A DNA stretch of 64,000 nucleotides from NCBI GenBank assembly GCA_041690135.1, contig JAWLHY010000003.1, positions 576,001-640,000 on the forward strand, in the 5' to 3' direction. Source of the DNA: Armatimonadota bacterium (GTDB taxonomy: Bacteria; Armatimonadota; SYMT01). Under the pieces are notes generated by a model, which was not told where the DNA came from, did not search any database, and saw only the letters and a program-made list of their open reading frames with translations. Shown in pieces: positions 1-11,276 of this stretch; position 1 is the stretch's first letter, and the number at the start of each line of letters is the position of its first letter. Position numbers and translations under genes: made by a program.

Positions 1-489
1 GGGAACACCGACAAGAAGATCGCGCCCGACGGTTACGTCATCCGCGGAGTGCCGTCCGAGCCGTTGCGCGACGTCATCCGGATCTGGGAGGAGGCCGTGC
101 CCAGCCTGGTGATCGAAGTGTCTTCCAAAGGAAGTCGCAGTGAAGACCGGGGTGAGAAGTTCCTCAAGTACCAGGATGTGCTGGGCTGCCCGGAATACCT
201 CATTTACGACGACGACACCGAAGAGCTGCTGTTCTACCGCCGTATCGCCGGGAAGTACCGGCTCCAGGCGCCGAGTCACGACGGGCGCTACACCAGTCAC
301 GAGTTGGGGGTACAGTTCGCCCGGGATCCGGAAACACTGGTGCGCGTGTTCGATCTCGACGGCCGACCCGTCACTGCCCCGGAAGAACTGGCGGACCGCT
401 ACGCCATGGAGCAGCGCCGGCTCCGCGAGCTCGAGGAAGAGAACGAGCGGTTACTCGCCGAACTAGCACGCTTGCGAGCGCAGGGTTAA
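1..489 (+). CDS. Uma2 family (DUF820) restriction-endonuclease-like protein, 5' truncated by window edge
   Basis: Frame open from base 1. Motifs IAPDGYVI, PSLVIEVSS, DRGEKFLKY, EYLIYD, then a C-terminal coiled coil. Confidence 0.85.
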   Translation, partial: GNTDKKIAPDGYVIRGVPSEPLRDVIRIWEEAVPSLVIEVSSKGSRSEDRGEKFLKYQDVLGCPEYLIYDDDTEELLFYRRIAGKYRLQAPSHDGRYTSHELGVQFARDPETLVRVFDLDGRPVTAPEELADRYAMEQRRLRELEEENERLLAELARLRAQG

Positions 490-577
490 CGAGGCTCTTG
501 CGGGCAGTGAAGAGATCATCCCACGCCCCGCGACCGTGCCAGCCAATCGACGGACTCCTACCACCGGATAAATCCAC

Positions 578-1810
578 GTGCCAAATATCACCCGCGTCTC
601 GACGCGCGACGCCCGTTACACGCTCCAGCCCGGAGAAGGCGTCGACGCCGTCCACTCCGAACCCCAGTATTCCTACGCCGTCACCCTGCTGGAGACGGAC
701 GCCGGCGTTACCGGTACCGGCCTCACGTTTACCCTGGGAGCCGGGAACGACCTCGTCTGCCGGGCCATCGAGGCCCTGGCGGAACCGCTTGTCGGGCGCG
801 ATCTCGAGGAGTTGATGTCCGAGTTTGGGTGGATCCAGCGCTCCCTCGCCGATCACCCGCAGTACCGTTGGCTGGGGCCGCATAAGGGCGTGGTGCACCT
901 GGCGCTCGCCTCGCTCACCAATGCCTGCTTCGACCTCTGGGCCAAGAGCCGCGGCGTGCCCCTCTGGAAGTTGCTGCTCGATCTCACCCCGGAGCAGGTG
1001 GTGGCGCTGCTGGACCTGAGCTACCTCGACGACGCCCTCACCGCTCGCGAGGCCCTCACACTGCTCCGCGCTCACCAGTCCACGCGGGACGCCCGGGAGG
1101 GGATCCTCCGGGAGGGATATCCCGGCTACGACACTTCCGTGGGCTGGTTTCAGTACTCCGATGACGAGGTCCGGGAGAACAGCCGGCGGGCGCTGGCGGC
1201 GGGCTTCACGGCGATGAAACTGAAGGTCGGCTCGCCGGACCCCACCCGCGATATCCGGCGCGCGAACCTGATCCGCGACACGGCGGGCTCCGGCGTGCGG
1301 ATCATGCTGGACGCGAACCAGGCATGGAACCTGCCGACCGCGATCCGGGTCGGCCTGGAGCTCTCCCGGATGTCCCCCTACTGGATCGAGGAGCCCACTC
1401 ACCCCGACGACGTGTTCGCGCACCAGACCCTGGCCCGCGCCCTCGCCCCGATCCCGATCGCCCTGGGAGAACACGTGCCGCACCGCGTGCTGTTCAAGAG
1501 CTTCATGCAGGCGAGCGCCGCTCAATTCATTCAGGTCGATGCGCTCCGGGTCGCCGGGGTCAGCGAGTTCCTGGCGGTCAGCCTGCTCGCCCGCAAGTTC
1601 GGGTTGAAGGTGGTCCCTCACGTGGGCGACATGGGCCAGATCCATCAGCACCTGGTCCTGTTCAACCACGTTGCCCTGGGCCTGGAGAAGGTTTTCCTCG
1701 AGTACATCCCGCACCTTAGAAAGCATTTCGTCCATCCCGCCGTCGTCGAGGACGGCCGGTACCGGACGCCCCAGGAGCCGGGCAGCAGCTCCGATCTGGT
1801 GGGTGAGTAG
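578..1810 (+). CDS. Enolase-superfamily acid-sugar dehydratase (L-fuconate dehydratase-like)
   Basis: [11 protein letters not shown]-terminus, [36 protein letters not shown] and [12 protein letters not shown] motifs. Confidence 0.85.
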   Translation: MPNITRVSTRDARYTLQPGEGVDAVHSEPQYSYAVTLLETDAGVTGTGLTFTLGAGNDLVCRAIEALAEPLVGRDLEELMSEFGWIQRSLADHPQYRWLGPHKGVVHLALASLTNACFDLWAKSRGVPLWKLLLDLTPEQVVALLDLSYLDDALTAREALTLLRAHQSTRDAREGILREGYPGYDTSVGWFQYSDDEVRENSRRALAAGFTAMKLKVGSPDPTRDIRRANLIRDTAGSGVRIMLDANQAWNLPTAIRVGLELSRMSPYWIEEPTHPDDVFAHQTLARALAPIPIALGEHVPHRVLFKSFMQASAAQFIQVDALRVAGVSEFLAVSLLARKFGLKVVPHVGDMGQIHQHLVLFNHVALGLEKVFLEYIPHLRKHFVHPAVVEDGRYRTPQEPGSSSDLVGE

Positions 1811-1814
1811 AACG

Positions 1815-3083
1815 ATGCCTGAAACCAGCAAGATCGAACGTGCCTATGAACTGGCCCGCGAGCACTACGCCGCACTCGGGGTCGATACCGCGCAAGCCCT
1901 GGAGACGCTGCGGAGCGTCGCCATTTCCCTTCACTGCTGGCAGGGAGACGACGTCGGCGGCTTTGAGAACGAGGCCGGCCTCACCGGCGGCGGCATCATG
2001 GCTACGGGAAACTATCCCGGTCGCGCCCGGACGCCGGACGAGCTCCGGGCCGACGCGGACCAGGCGCTGGCCCTCATCCCGGGCTGCCACCGGTTCAACC
2101 TCCACGCCATCTACGCCGAGTTCGGCGGCAAGAGAGTTGACCGGGACGAGATCGGTCCCGAGCACTTCTCCGGCTGGATCGACTGGGCTCGCGCGAAGGG
2201 GATCGGGCTGGACTTCAATCCCACTTTCTTCTCGCACCCCCTGGCGGACGATGGGTTCACCCTCGCCAGCGCGGACGAAGGGCGGCGGGCGTTCTGGGTG
2301 CGCCATGGCCTCGCCTGCCGCACCATCGGCGCCGCGATGGGGGAGGCGCTCGGCAAGCCGTGCGTGACCAACGTCTGGATCCCGGATGGCTACAAGGACA
2401 TGCCGGCCGACCGCAAGACCCCCCGCGAGCGCCTGAAGCGTTCCCTGGACGAGATGTTCGCGGCGCCGATCGACCCGCGCCACAACCTGGATGCGGTGGA
2501 GGGCAAGCTGTTCGGCCTCGGCTCCGAGAGCTACGTGGTCGGCTCGCACGAGTTCTACTACGGCTATGCGCTCTCGAACCGGAAGCTGCTCTGCCTGGAC
2601 GCCGGCCACTATCACCCCACCGAAACGATCTCGGACAAGATCAGCTCCGTGCTTACCTACCTGCCGGAGATCCTGCTGCACGTCAGCCGTGGGGTGCGGT
2701 GGGACAGCGATCACGTCGTCATCCTCTCCGACGACCTGCGCGCCATCGCCGAGGAGCTGGTCCGCGGCGACTACCTGGGGCGGGTGCACGTGGGGCTGGA
2801 CTTCTTCGATGCCAGCATCAACCGCGTGGCCGCGTGGGTGATCGGCACCCGGAGCATGATCAAGGCCCTCCTGATCGCCCTGCTGGAACCCTCCGCCCGC
2901 CTGCGGGAGCTGGAGGCCGAGGGAGATTTCACCACCCGCCTCGCCCTCTTGGAAGAGGCGAAGACCCTTCCGTTCGGCGCGGTGTGGGACTACTACTGCC
3001 TGCAGCAGGATGTCCCCGTCGGCCTGGACTGGATGGAGAACGTCCGCGCCTACGAGAAGACTGTTCTCGCCGAGCGGGGATAA
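1815..3083 (+). CDS. rhaA: L-rhamnose isomerase
   Basis: [70 protein letters not shown] lies 4 nt after the upstream stop. Confidence 0.95.
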   Translation: MPETSKIERAYELAREHYAALGVDTAQALETLRSVAISLHCWQGDDVGGFENEAGLTGGGIMATGNYPGRARTPDELRADADQALALIPGCHRFNLHAIYAEFGGKRVDRDEIGPEHFSGWIDWARAKGIGLDFNPTFFSHPLADDGFTLASADEGRRAFWVRHGLACRTIGAAMGEALGKPCVTNVWIPDGYKDMPADRKTPRERLKRSLDEMFAAPIDPRHNLDAVEGKLFGLGSESYVVGSHEFYYGYALSNRKLLCLDAGHYHPTETISDKISSVLTYLPEILLHVSRGVRWDSDHVVILSDDLRAIAEELVRGDYLGRVHVGLDFFDASINRVAAWVIGTRSMIKALLIALLEPSARLRELEAEGDFTTRLALLEEAKTLPFGAVWDYYCLQQDVPVGLDWMENVRAYEKTVLAERG

Positions 3084-3095
3084 GGGGCTCGAGTC

Positions 3096-3137
3096 GGACC
3101 TGAAGCGCATCGGCTCGTCGGGGAGCGCTTCAGGTCC
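3096..3137. terminator. 13-bp inverted repeat after rhaA (terminator or REP-like hairpin)
   Basis: GGACCTGAAGCGC...GCGCTTCAGGTCC between convergent genes; no clear U-tract. Confidence 0.5.
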
Positions 3138-3566
3138 GGACGATTTCGGCAGTTCGGGCGAAACGCTCCGTGAGGATGCAGGTCCAGGCTTATCCGCTCG
3201 ACTGCGGCTTCCGCAATTCCGAACAGCCTACTGAGCCTGGACTCGTCTCGTTTATTCGCGGCCTGGACGAGAGCTCTCGCGGAGTCCCGTCCTCAGACGG
3301 CCAACTTGCAATACTGGTCCAGGATCCTGGGAGCATCTGTCCCGATACGCTGGAGGCACAACAAGTTCGCGCCACCGGGACGGGAGCCCGTGTTTGGAAC
3401 CGCGAACTACCGTCTGAAGACGGGACTCCGCAATGGGGCATGACCTGCGCTGGTTCGTCCGGATGGACGGCGAATTCAGCAGGGAGGGGCGGGGCCGTTC
3501 CGGATCGGCCCCCGCAGTAAGACCTCAAGTCTCTTCCGAAGTGCTGCCAGGAGCGCCGATAGGCCC

Positions 3567-4928
3567 CTAAGACGCGGCTTTCTTTCCCCCGCCTCTAGCC
3601 TTGGCCGCCTTCAGCCCCTTGGGGGAGAGCACGCAGCGGAAACCGACGTGCGAGCTGCCGGTATCGATGGCGCCCTTGCCGCGCCCGCCCGGCATGTAGC
3701 GGGAGCAGTACTGATCCGTACAGAGGAAGGAGCCGCCGCGCTGGATCCGCTTCGGGATGCCGGGCTCGTCCGGATCGTGGCTGTCGGCGGGCCCCTGCGG
3801 GTTCTTGACCGGGCTCTGGGCGTAGTAGTCGGGCTGATACCAGTCAGAGCACCACTGCCACACGTTCCCCGCCATGTCGTGGAGGCCGAAACCGTTCGCG
3901 GGGAAGGCGCCCACCGGCGAGGTGCGGGCGTATCCGTCTTCCTTCTTGTTGGAGTTCGGGAAGCGGCCCTGGAAGGTGTTCCCCATGATCTTGCCGTTCG
4001 GCCGGAACTGGTCGCCCCAGGTGTACGGCATCTGGGTCAGCCCGCCCCGCGCGGCGTACTCGAACTCCGCCTCGGTGGGAAGGCGCTTGCCGGCCCACTT
4101 GCAATAGGCTTCGGCATCCTCGTAGGCGATGTGGACCACCGGGTGGGTCTCCCGCCCGGCGATGCTGCTGTCCGGCCCCTCCGGATGCTTCCAACTGGCG
4201 CCGGGTACATAGCGCCACCAGTGCCCCACGTTGTCCAGGGGAACGGCGTTGGCGGGCGGCGCGAAGACGACGGCGCCCGGCACCAGTACTTCCGGGGGAG
4301 CGCCGGGGAAGTCCTTCGGGTCCGGCTTGCGCTCGGCGACGGTAACGTAGCCCGTCGCCTTAACAAACTTCTGATACTGGGCGTTGGTCACCGGGTGGCG
4401 GTCCATCCAGAACCCGTCCAGCTCCACCGTGTGGATCGGGCGGGCGTCCCGGAACGGCTCATAGTCGGCGCCCATGGAGAACTTTCCAGAGGGGACCCAA
4501 ACCATGCCCTCCGGTGCGGGACCGGGGGCGGCCTCCTTCTTCACCACGGTCGGCTCGACCTTGCCGGCGTCTTTCACTTTGGCGCCGTGCGGGTCCGGCA
4601 TCTGGAAGCGCGGATCGGCATTCTTCAGCGGCACCACGCAGCAGGTCGGGCCGGACGCGCCATGGCCGTGCCCGTCGTCGGGGGTGTGTGCCGCGGTAGT
4701 CGCCGTGTCGGACTTCGCCGGAGTGTTCTCTTCTCCAGGGGCTTCCGCGGACGCGGTCTTTGCCGGATCGCCGGCAGAGGCGCTTTGCCCCGCCGGGGTA
4801 TTCGCCGGTACGGCCGCCCCCTCCGGGCCGTTGGCGGCCGGCGCGCACCCCACCAGCAGGGCCGCGGCGCTTCCCAGGAGACCCCGGCGCAGGTGGGCCG
4901 CGCTCCAGGCCTGTCTTCGTTGCTTCAT
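3567..4928 (-). CDS. Formylglycine-generating enzyme (SUMF1/FGE-sulfatase family), probable lipoprotein
   Basis: RLPTEAEFEYAARGG, NGFGLHDMAGNVWQW, RGGSFLCTDQYCSRY, HVGFRC; lipobox-like LVGC; adjacent to sulfatases. Start uncertain. Confidence 0.9.
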   Translation of the reverse strand: MKQRRQAWSAAHLRRGLLGSAAALLVGCAPAANGPEGAAVPANTPAGQSASAGDPAKTASAEAPGEENTPAKSDTATTAAHTPDDGHGHGASGPTCCVVPLKNADPRFQMPDPHGAKVKDAGKVEPTVVKKEAAPGPAPEGMVWVPSGKFSMGADYEPFRDARPIHTVELDGFWMDRHPVTNAQYQKFVKATGYVTVAERKPDPKDFPGAPPEVLVPGAVVFAPPANAVPLDNVGHWWRYVPGASWKHPEGPDSSIAGRETHPVVHIAYEDAEAYCKWAGKRLPTEAEFEYAARGGLTQMPYTWGDQFRPNGKIMGNTFQGRFPNSNKKEDGYARTSPVGAFPANGFGLHDMAGNVWQWCSDWYQPDYYAQSPVKNPQGPADSHDPDEPGIPKRIQRGGSFLCTDQYCSRYMPGGRGKGAIDTGSSHVGFRCVLSPKGLKAAKARGGGKKAAS

Positions 4929-5065
4929 CTCGAAACCGGATCCGGCCATCACATACCTCAAAAGCTCAACGCTCGTTCCCTGGGACGAAAGCGCAGGCGG
5001 TCGTCGCCCCCACTTTCCCTACTCCCCCGCACGCCCCGGGCGTTCCCAACCCGTGCCGGCATCTG

Positions 5066-6400
5066 CTATGGCTTACCCGGCCACCACGCGTCCAGGCGTT
5101 TCGTCATGCGCTTCACGCGGCCGGGTTCCTGCTCTGCCAGGTTGGTCGCTTCGTGCGGGTCCTTCTCCAGGTGGTACAGTTCGACTTTACCGTCCGGCTC
5201 GTTCTGGGAGGCGGGTATGATCAGCTTCCAGTCGTCCTCGATGGTCCACCGCCACCGCAGGCTGCTGGCCGGCCGGTTCAGATCCACGGCGTTGTGCGTG
5301 AAGCATTCTCCGAAGAGCCGCTTCCGGTTGCCTACTGCCTCGTTGTCCAGCAGGTTGAGGCCTTGCATGTCGGGGGTCGGTTTCAGACCCACGGCCCTGA
5401 GGAGCGTCGGGGCCAGGTCGATCGACATCGCGAGCTGCTTCGACATCTTCGGGCGCACGCGACCGGGCCAGCGGACCATAATCGGGGTGCGCAGTCCGCC
5501 GTCGTACTGCGACTGCTTTGACTTGGGCGCGTAGCGGGGCCGCTCGGGGTCCTGAATCCACCCGTTGTCGGCCACGTAAACCACGATCGTGTTCTCCGCC
5601 AGCCCGTGCCCGGAAAGGTAATCCATCAACTCGCCGCACGTCTCGTCGAACCACTCCACCATCGCCCAGTACTTCGCAACCTGGAGGGTGGGCGCCTTGT
5701 CCCGGTACTTGTCCAGCAGGCGCTGCGGGGGCGTGTGGGGGTCGTGCGGCAGCAGCGGCGCGTACCACACGAAGAACGGCTTCTTCTCCTTCTGGGCGCC
5801 CTCGATGAAATCGTAGATCGGCCGCATCGACTCTCGCCCGATCTTCAGGCCCTCGTCGCCGTGCCGGGAGCCCTGGGTCATCCCATGCGTGAACCCGCCC
5901 CGCTTGAAGTCGCCCTGCCACCACTTCCCGGTCTGGAAGCTCAGGTAGCCCTGCTCCCCCAGCACGCGCGGCAGCGTCGGCACCGCCTCGATGTGCCGGT
6001 TCATCACCTCGCGACCCTCCAGGAAAGCGGGCGACTGGTAGAAATCCCGCGGCCGCATGGTGGTCCCGGCGGGGAGAGGCGGGTCGTTGCTGGTGACCTT
6101 GTGTTGATGCGGGTACAGCCCCGTGATGATCGACGCCAGGCTCGGGCAGCAGAGGCTGGAGGGCACATAGCCCCGGGTGAAAGTGAGGCTCTGCGAGGCG
6201 AGGCGGTCCAGGTGCGGCGTCCGGATGTGGGGATGCCCCATGAAGGAGTAGTCCGTCCACGCGTGGTCGTCCGAAACGATCATCACGATGTTCGGCGGCT
6301 GCGACGTTCCGGGCTTCGGGTCCGCCGCCTGCGCGCACACGCCTGCCAGCGCCAGGCAGGCGAGGGCGACGATTCCGGCTAGGTTCTTCAAGGTCCGCAT
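5066..6400 (-). CDS. Sulfatase (type I), secreted
   Basis: Signal peptide, PNIVMIVSDDH, CCPSLASIITG, GKWW, DNG. The CxPxR Arg is replaced by Leu. Confidence 0.85.
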   Translation of the reverse strand: MRTLKNLAGIVALACLALAGVCAQAADPKPGTSQPPNIVMIVSDDHAWTDYSFMGHPHIRTPHLDRLASQSLTFTRGYVPSSLCCPSLASIITGLYPHQHKVTSNDPPLPAGTTMRPRDFYQSPAFLEGREVMNRHIEAVPTLPRVLGEQGYLSFQTGKWWQGDFKRGGFTHGMTQGSRHGDEGLKIGRESMRPIYDFIEGAQKEKKPFFVWYAPLLPHDPHTPPQRLLDKYRDKAPTLQVAKYWAMVEWFDETCGELMDYLSGHGLAENTIVVYVADNGWIQDPERPRYAPKSKQSQYDGGLRTPIMVRWPGRVRPKMSKQLAMSIDLAPTLLRAVGLKPTPDMQGLNLLDNEAVGNRKRLFGECFTHNAVDLNRPASSLRWRWTIEDDWKLIIPASQNEPDGKVELYHLEKDPHEATNLAEQEPGRVKRMTKRLDAWWPGKP

Positions 6401-6638
6401 GGTGGGGTGGGTTTACGACAGCAACAAAAAGGGATGGCCCGGCTGCTCCGCACGGGCTTCCTTTCCAGGTTCACCACTTCGGCCGCTATGTCCTGGTAAC
6501 ACGCGCACACGCCCGGTTTGGGGATACACCGGTTACGGCCGTCTCTGCGAGGAGGGGTAGAACCCAACCGACTTCACAGATCAAAGGCCGCCGCACCGCC
6601 GGAGCGCAGCCATCTTGAAACTGCACCCCGGCACCCGA

Positions 6639-6799
6639 CGTGGCAGGCCCCCTGGTCAGGGGCGGGACGGATTAGGACGAGGATAAGGATAAAGAGTCTC
6701 GGTTTCGGACCAGTGCCCTGATCAGGGGGCGGAGTGGATCAGGATAAGGATAAAGAGTCCCGTGTAATAACAGGTTCCCTGACCAGGGGGCTGGCCACG
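6639..6799. repeat. Palindromic repeat cluster (REP/MITE-like)
   Basis: Near-perfect 23-bp terminal inverted repeats (6639-6661, 6777-6799). Three CCCTG(G/A)(T/C)CAGGG cores at 6650, 6716 and 6777. GGATAAGGATAAAGAGTC duplicated at 6681 and 6742. Confidence 0.7.
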
Positions 6800-7304
6800 C
6801 CTGCCCGGCGGAGCATAGGGTCTCTTACAGGTTCTGGTGCAAGAGGCTTGATTGCTTCGACGAGAGGCTCATCTGGGCTGAGGAGTTGCTGCAGATTCAC
6901 CACTCCTCGCCATGACGTGTATTTGCACTACCTGTCCACCCGAGCACCCGAACACCTGACCACCTCTTCTTCATCTTTCAAATCTGCGTCATCTGTGGAC
7001 TCTACCTGAAAGCCTGAATGCCCAACGCCCAATCCTTGCGGAAATCGGGAAATCCTGCGGGAAAGCGGTAGGCCGGGAGAGACCGCCCGCGAACTGACGA
7101 TATACTCCTCATGACAGGCGGTCGCTCCGCGGCCGCAAGGAAAGAGGCTGGTTCTGGGCGAACGAGATAGCCGGCAGGTTTCGTATCCATGAAACCTGGA
7201 AGCGTGTTGTGCGTCCAAAACTAAGGCCTATCGGATTTCCCCGCCGGCCTCTGCGGTTCTCTGGTTGCGGGGCCAGACGGTCATCGGGATTCTCACGACG
7301 TCAT

Positions 7305-8741
7305 ATGATCAGCATAAAAGGCAACAAGGCACGTCTCTGCGATGGGATCACGCGGCGGGATTTTGTCCGCCTGGGCGCCCTCGGGGCCATGGGCTTGAGC
7401 CTGCCGGAGGTGCTCCGGGCCGAGGCTGCGGCGGCGGAGGTCGCCAAGGCTTCCGGCAAGAGTTCCGGACGTCAGAAGAACGTCATCCTCTTCTTCCTCA
7501 TGGGCGGGCAGTCGCAGCTCGACATGTGGGACATGAAGCCGGACGCACCCGAGGGAATCCGCGGCGAGTTCAAGCCGATCAACACCAACGTCGATGGGAT
7601 TCAGATTTGCGAGCACATGCCGCTGCTCGCGCGCCGGGCGGACAAGTACGCCATCATCCGCTCGATGACGCACCACGTGAAGAACCACGCCCCCGCGGGT
7701 TACTTCGCGCTCACCGGCATGGCTCCCAAGCGGGACGTCAATAACTTCGGCCTGAACTCGGACGACTATCCGGCGCTGGGCTCGGTGGTGTCGTACCTCG
7801 ACCCCAGCAAAAAGAACGTTCCCACTTATGTGCAGCTTTCGCCCGGACTGGTCGGCGACACCGGCATCCAGATGCCCGGCTTCCACGCCGGGGTCCTCTC
7901 GGCCAAGTACGACCCGCTCAAGGTGACGAACGACCCGGATCAGGCGGGGTTCCAGGTAGAAGAGCTCTCGCTTCCCCGGCACATCAGCGAGAAGCGGCTC
8001 AACGCGCGCCGCTCGCTGCTGCAGTTGGTGGAGGATGAGTTCCCCCTGATTACGGAGTCGCCCACCGTCGGCAAGCTGGACCAGTTCTATCAGCGCGCCT
8101 TCAACCTGGTTACCTCGCCGGAGGCCCGCAAGGCGTTCGATATCGAGTCGGAGCCGCTCAAGCTGCGGGAGCGCTACGGTCGCAACATCTACGCTCAGCA
8201 GTGCCTCCTGGCCCGCCGCCTGGTGGAATCCGGCGTGCGCCTCGTCACCATCGTGTGGGGCGGCCCCATCAACGCGCCGCTCGACTACTGGGACACCCAC
8301 CAGGGCAACTTCCCGAAGCAGAAGGACAAGCTGATCCCGATCTTCGACAAGTGCTACAGCGCCCTCCTGGACGACCTGACGGAACGCGGCCTGATGGAGG
8401 ACACCCTCGTGGTGGCGATGGGCGAGTTCGGCCGCACCCCGCGCGTCGGCCAGATCACCGCCAACGGCGGCACGGACGCCACCGGTCGCGACCATTGGCC
8501 GTTCTGCTACAGCATCACGCTGGCGGGCGCCGGCATCCGCGGCGGGCAGGTGATCGGCAAGAGCGACGAGACGACCGCCACCTACACGGAACGCCCCGTC
8601 ACCCCGATGGACCTCACCGCCACCATCTACCACGCGATGGGGATCAACTACCAGGCGGAAATGCACGACCAGTTGAACCGGCCGCTCCCCATCGTCCGGG
8701 ACGGCGAGCCCGTCTACGAGCTCTGGGGCAGCAAGGTCTGA
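7305..8741 (+). CDS. DUF1501 domain protein
   Basis: CDGITRRDF Tat-like leader, GGQSQLDMWDMKP, LLARRLVESG, WDTH, GEFGRTP, GRDHW. Confidence 0.92.
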   Translation: MISIKGNKARLCDGITRRDFVRLGALGAMGLSLPEVLRAEAAAAEVAKASGKSSGRQKNVILFFLMGGQSQLDMWDMKPDAPEGIRGEFKPINTNVDGIQICEHMPLLARRADKYAIIRSMTHHVKNHAPAGYFALTGMAPKRDVNNFGLNSDDYPALGSVVSYLDPSKKNVPTYVQLSPGLVGDTGIQMPGFHAGVLSAKYDPLKVTNDPDQAGFQVEELSLPRHISEKRLNARRSLLQLVEDEFPLITESPTVGKLDQFYQRAFNLVTSPEARKAFDIESEPLKLRERYGRNIYAQQCLLARRLVESGVRLVTIVWGGPINAPLDYWDTHQGNFPKQKDKLIPIFDKCYSALLDDLTERGLMEDTLVVAMGEFGRTPRVGQITANGGTDATGRDHWPFCYSITLAGAGIRGGQVIGKSDETTATYTERPVTPMDLTATIYHAMGINYQAEMHDQLNRPLPIVRDGEPVYELWGSKV

Positions 8742-8842
8742 GGGGTTTTTTCACCACGGAGCCACGGAGACTACCACGGAGAGAAACCCAAAGGGGCACC
8801 GTAGCTGACTTTCCGTGTCGCGTCCGGTAATCAGAAGCAGAG

Positions 8843-8872
8843 GAGCCAGGGCCGATTGCCCTGGCTCTTTTT
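8843..8872 (+). terminator. Rho-independent terminator
   Basis: GAGCCAGGGC-cgatt-GCCCTGGCTC followed by TTTTT. Confidence 0.8.
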
Positions 8873-9201
8873 GCTGTACAAGTCCGAATTACCGGTTAGC
8901 GGCGGCTACCGCCACCTTCGCCGATATCGGGCAGTTGCACTGCCCGATATCACTTTGGGCGCAGTTGCACTGCGCCGTCCTGGATTAGAACCTGTGTTGG
9001 AAGTCCAGGTTCCTTGGGCCCTGCCGTTTGACGCCAGTTCAGACTCTGAATGCGCCCACTCCCGTCCCGCCGCACCGCGGGCTCACTGGCGGCCCAGCCT
9101 GCCGAGGACTGAGCGTGAATACCGTCGAACATCCCCGCAGACCACGTTGCTTCCGCGCTTGGTGGTCCGCTGCCACGTTGCAGCCTACCGGAGTCGATCC
9201 T

Positions 9202-10614
9202 ATGAACCGCGCTGCCTCCCTTCTCGGCCTCTTTGCGGTGCTCGCCTGCCTCGTGCTCCCCGCGTCCCGAACGGCGCGCGCCGCCGAACCGGTGAAGAAG
9301 CCGAACATCGTCCTCTTCCTCGCGGATGATCTCGGCTGGGGCGACCTGGGCTGCTACGGCCACCCGACGATCAAGACCCCCAACCTGGATGCTTTCGCCC
9401 GGCAGGGCGTGCGGCTCACGCAGTGCTACGCCGCCAGCGCGGTCTGCTCCCCGTCCCGCTCGGCGCTGCTGACCGGGCGCACGCCCCACCGGAACGGCGT
9501 CTACACCTGGATCGCGGAGGACAGCGAGGTTCACCTGCCGCGGACCGAAGTCACGCTGCCGAAGCTGCTCAAGGAGCAGGGCTACACCACCTGCCACTCC
9601 GGTAAGTGGCACCTGAACGGCAAGTTCAACGATCCGGCCCAGCCCCAGCCCCACGACCACGGCTACGACTGGTGGCTCGGCACCCAGAACAACGCCGCGC
9701 CCAACCACAAGAACCCCACCAACTTCGTGCGGAACGGCACCCCCGTGGGCCCAATGGAAGGCTACTCGGCCGTGCTGGTGGTGGAGGAGGCGGTCCGCTG
9801 GCTGAAACAGCACCGGGACCGCTCCAAGCCGTTCTTCCTGGCGGTGTGGACCCACGAGCCGCACCTGCCGATCGAGAGCGATCCGAAGTTCCAGGAACCC
9901 TACACCCAATTGCCGGATCCCGATCTCCGGCAGCACCACGGCAACGTGACCCAGATGGACCACGCCTTCGGCAACCTGATGAAGGCGCTGGACGAAGAGA
10001 AGCTGACCGGTTCCACCCTCGTAGCGTTCACCTCGGACAACGGTCCGGAAGGTACCGGCGAGAAGGGCCGCACCCGAGGCTCTACGGGCGGCCTGCGAGG
10101 TCGCAAGCGCGCTATGTATGAGGGTGGCATCCGGGTGCCGGGCATCGTCCGCTGGCCAGGCCGCATCCCGGCCGGCACCACGAGCGACCTTCCGGTGATC
10201 GGCAGCGACTTCTTCCCCACGCTGCTCTCCGCCGCCGGCGCCCGCATCCCGGCGGACCGGACCCTGGACGGCACGAATGTCCTGGGTGCGCTCAACGGCA
10301 AGGCAGACACGCTTGAGCGGAAGATCCCGCTCTACTGGCGCCTGCGGATGGCCCCGAACAACCTCCACCTGGCCATGCGGAAGGGGGACTGGAAGATCAT
10401 CGCCGCCGAAGACGGCTCAAAGTGGGAGCTCTACCACCTGAAGTCCGACCCCCAGGAAACCACCGACCTCCGGGAGCGCGATCCCTCCCGTTTCGAAACC
10501 ATGCGGAAAGAGCTGCTCGCCCTGAACGCCCAGGTTGAGGCCGAAGGCCCGGACTGGTGGAAACGCCTCAGTCCTAACGGCGGCCGCCCCCTGAAGCAAG
10601 GCGCGGCCAAATAG
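9202..10614 (+). CDS. Sulfatase (arylsulfatase-like), secreted
   Basis: Signal peptide, PNIVLFLADDLG, CSPSRSALLTGR, GKWHL, SDNG, YEGGIRVP. Confidence 0.93.
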   Translation: MNRAASLLGLFAVLACLVLPASRTARAAEPVKKPNIVLFLADDLGWGDLGCYGHPTIKTPNLDAFARQGVRLTQCYAASAVCSPSRSALLTGRTPHRNGVYTWIAEDSEVHLPRTEVTLPKLLKEQGYTTCHSGKWHLNGKFNDPAQPQPHDHGYDWWLGTQNNAAPNHKNPTNFVRNGTPVGPMEGYSAVLVVEEAVRWLKQHRDRSKPFFLAVWTHEPHLPIESDPKFQEPYTQLPDPDLRQHHGNVTQMDHAFGNLMKALDEEKLTGSTLVAFTSDNGPEGTGEKGRTRGSTGGLRGRKRAMYEGGIRVPGIVRWPGRIPAGTTSDLPVIGSDFFPTLLSAAGARIPADRTLDGTNVLGALNGKADTLERKIPLYWRLRMAPNNLHLAMRKGDWKIIAAEDGSKWELYHLKSDPQETTDLRERDPSRFETMRKELLALNAQVEAEGPDWWKRLSPNGGRPLKQGAAK

Positions 10615-10940
10615 ATTAGTCTCTTATCAGTGCACTCCTGAGCAGAGCGCACACAATTGGCGTAGCTTCGGAAAGCTAGTGCGCGTCATTGCGAGCCCCG
10701 ACCGGTCCATTGCTGACTACGCGTACGATGCTCTGGATTGCGCCAATTCGCGTGCGAACTCCGTCCTCTGCGGGGCGTGGCAATCCCCCTGGTGAGCGAG
10801 TCTGGAGAGGGAATTCGGGAAGTCGCCCACTAGCCGTGGGTACCGCAGGAGGTTGTGCAATGCCGGCGTGCGTTGGCGAAAGGCGGCGATGCGGAGAGCA
10901 GGGGGATTGCCGCAAGCCTGCCCGGCGCAGCATAGGGTCG

Positions 10941-11276
10941 CTAAGGCTCCTTCGCAATGACACCGTCTTCCTCTTGGTTCCTGCTACGGCGGGTTAGGTC
11001 AACTGGAACGGACGGGCTTCCCCGCCATCTCCTGATGAGGTAGAGGACGAACGACCCGAGGCCCGCGAACTTGTAGCTCGGGTCCACGTAATGCTCGATG
11101 ACGTAGAACGCGAAATAGTAGAACCGCGCGAAGCACCAGACCGTCAGCGCCAGCAAGAACGCGACCCGCAGGGTGGGGTACTCCAATAGCAGCGCCGCGG
11201 CGGCCATCATCCCCGCCAGGAGGAACAGGAACCCCTTCAGGATGATCAGTTTCGAACTGGTGATGTCGCCCATCAT
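10941..11276 (-). CDS. Small conserved membrane protein
   Basis: Two to three hydrophobic segments and the motif WCFARFYYFAFYVIEHYVDP; GC-rich third codon positions. Confidence 0.7.
   Translation of the reverse strand: MMGDITSSKLIILKGFLFLLAGMMAAAALLLEYPTLRVAFLLALTVWCFARFYYFAFYVIEHYVDPSYKFAGLGSFVLYLIRRWRGSPSVPVDLTRRSRNQEEDGVIAKEP

Noticed and set aside
3170-3528. Short ORFs on both strands between rhaA and the FGE gene
   Set aside because: No recognisable motifs, atypical codon use and no clear RBS.
6639-6799. Possible mini CRISPR array
   Set aside because: Only three short cores, spacers resemble each other, the last unit is inverted, and no cas genes are present.
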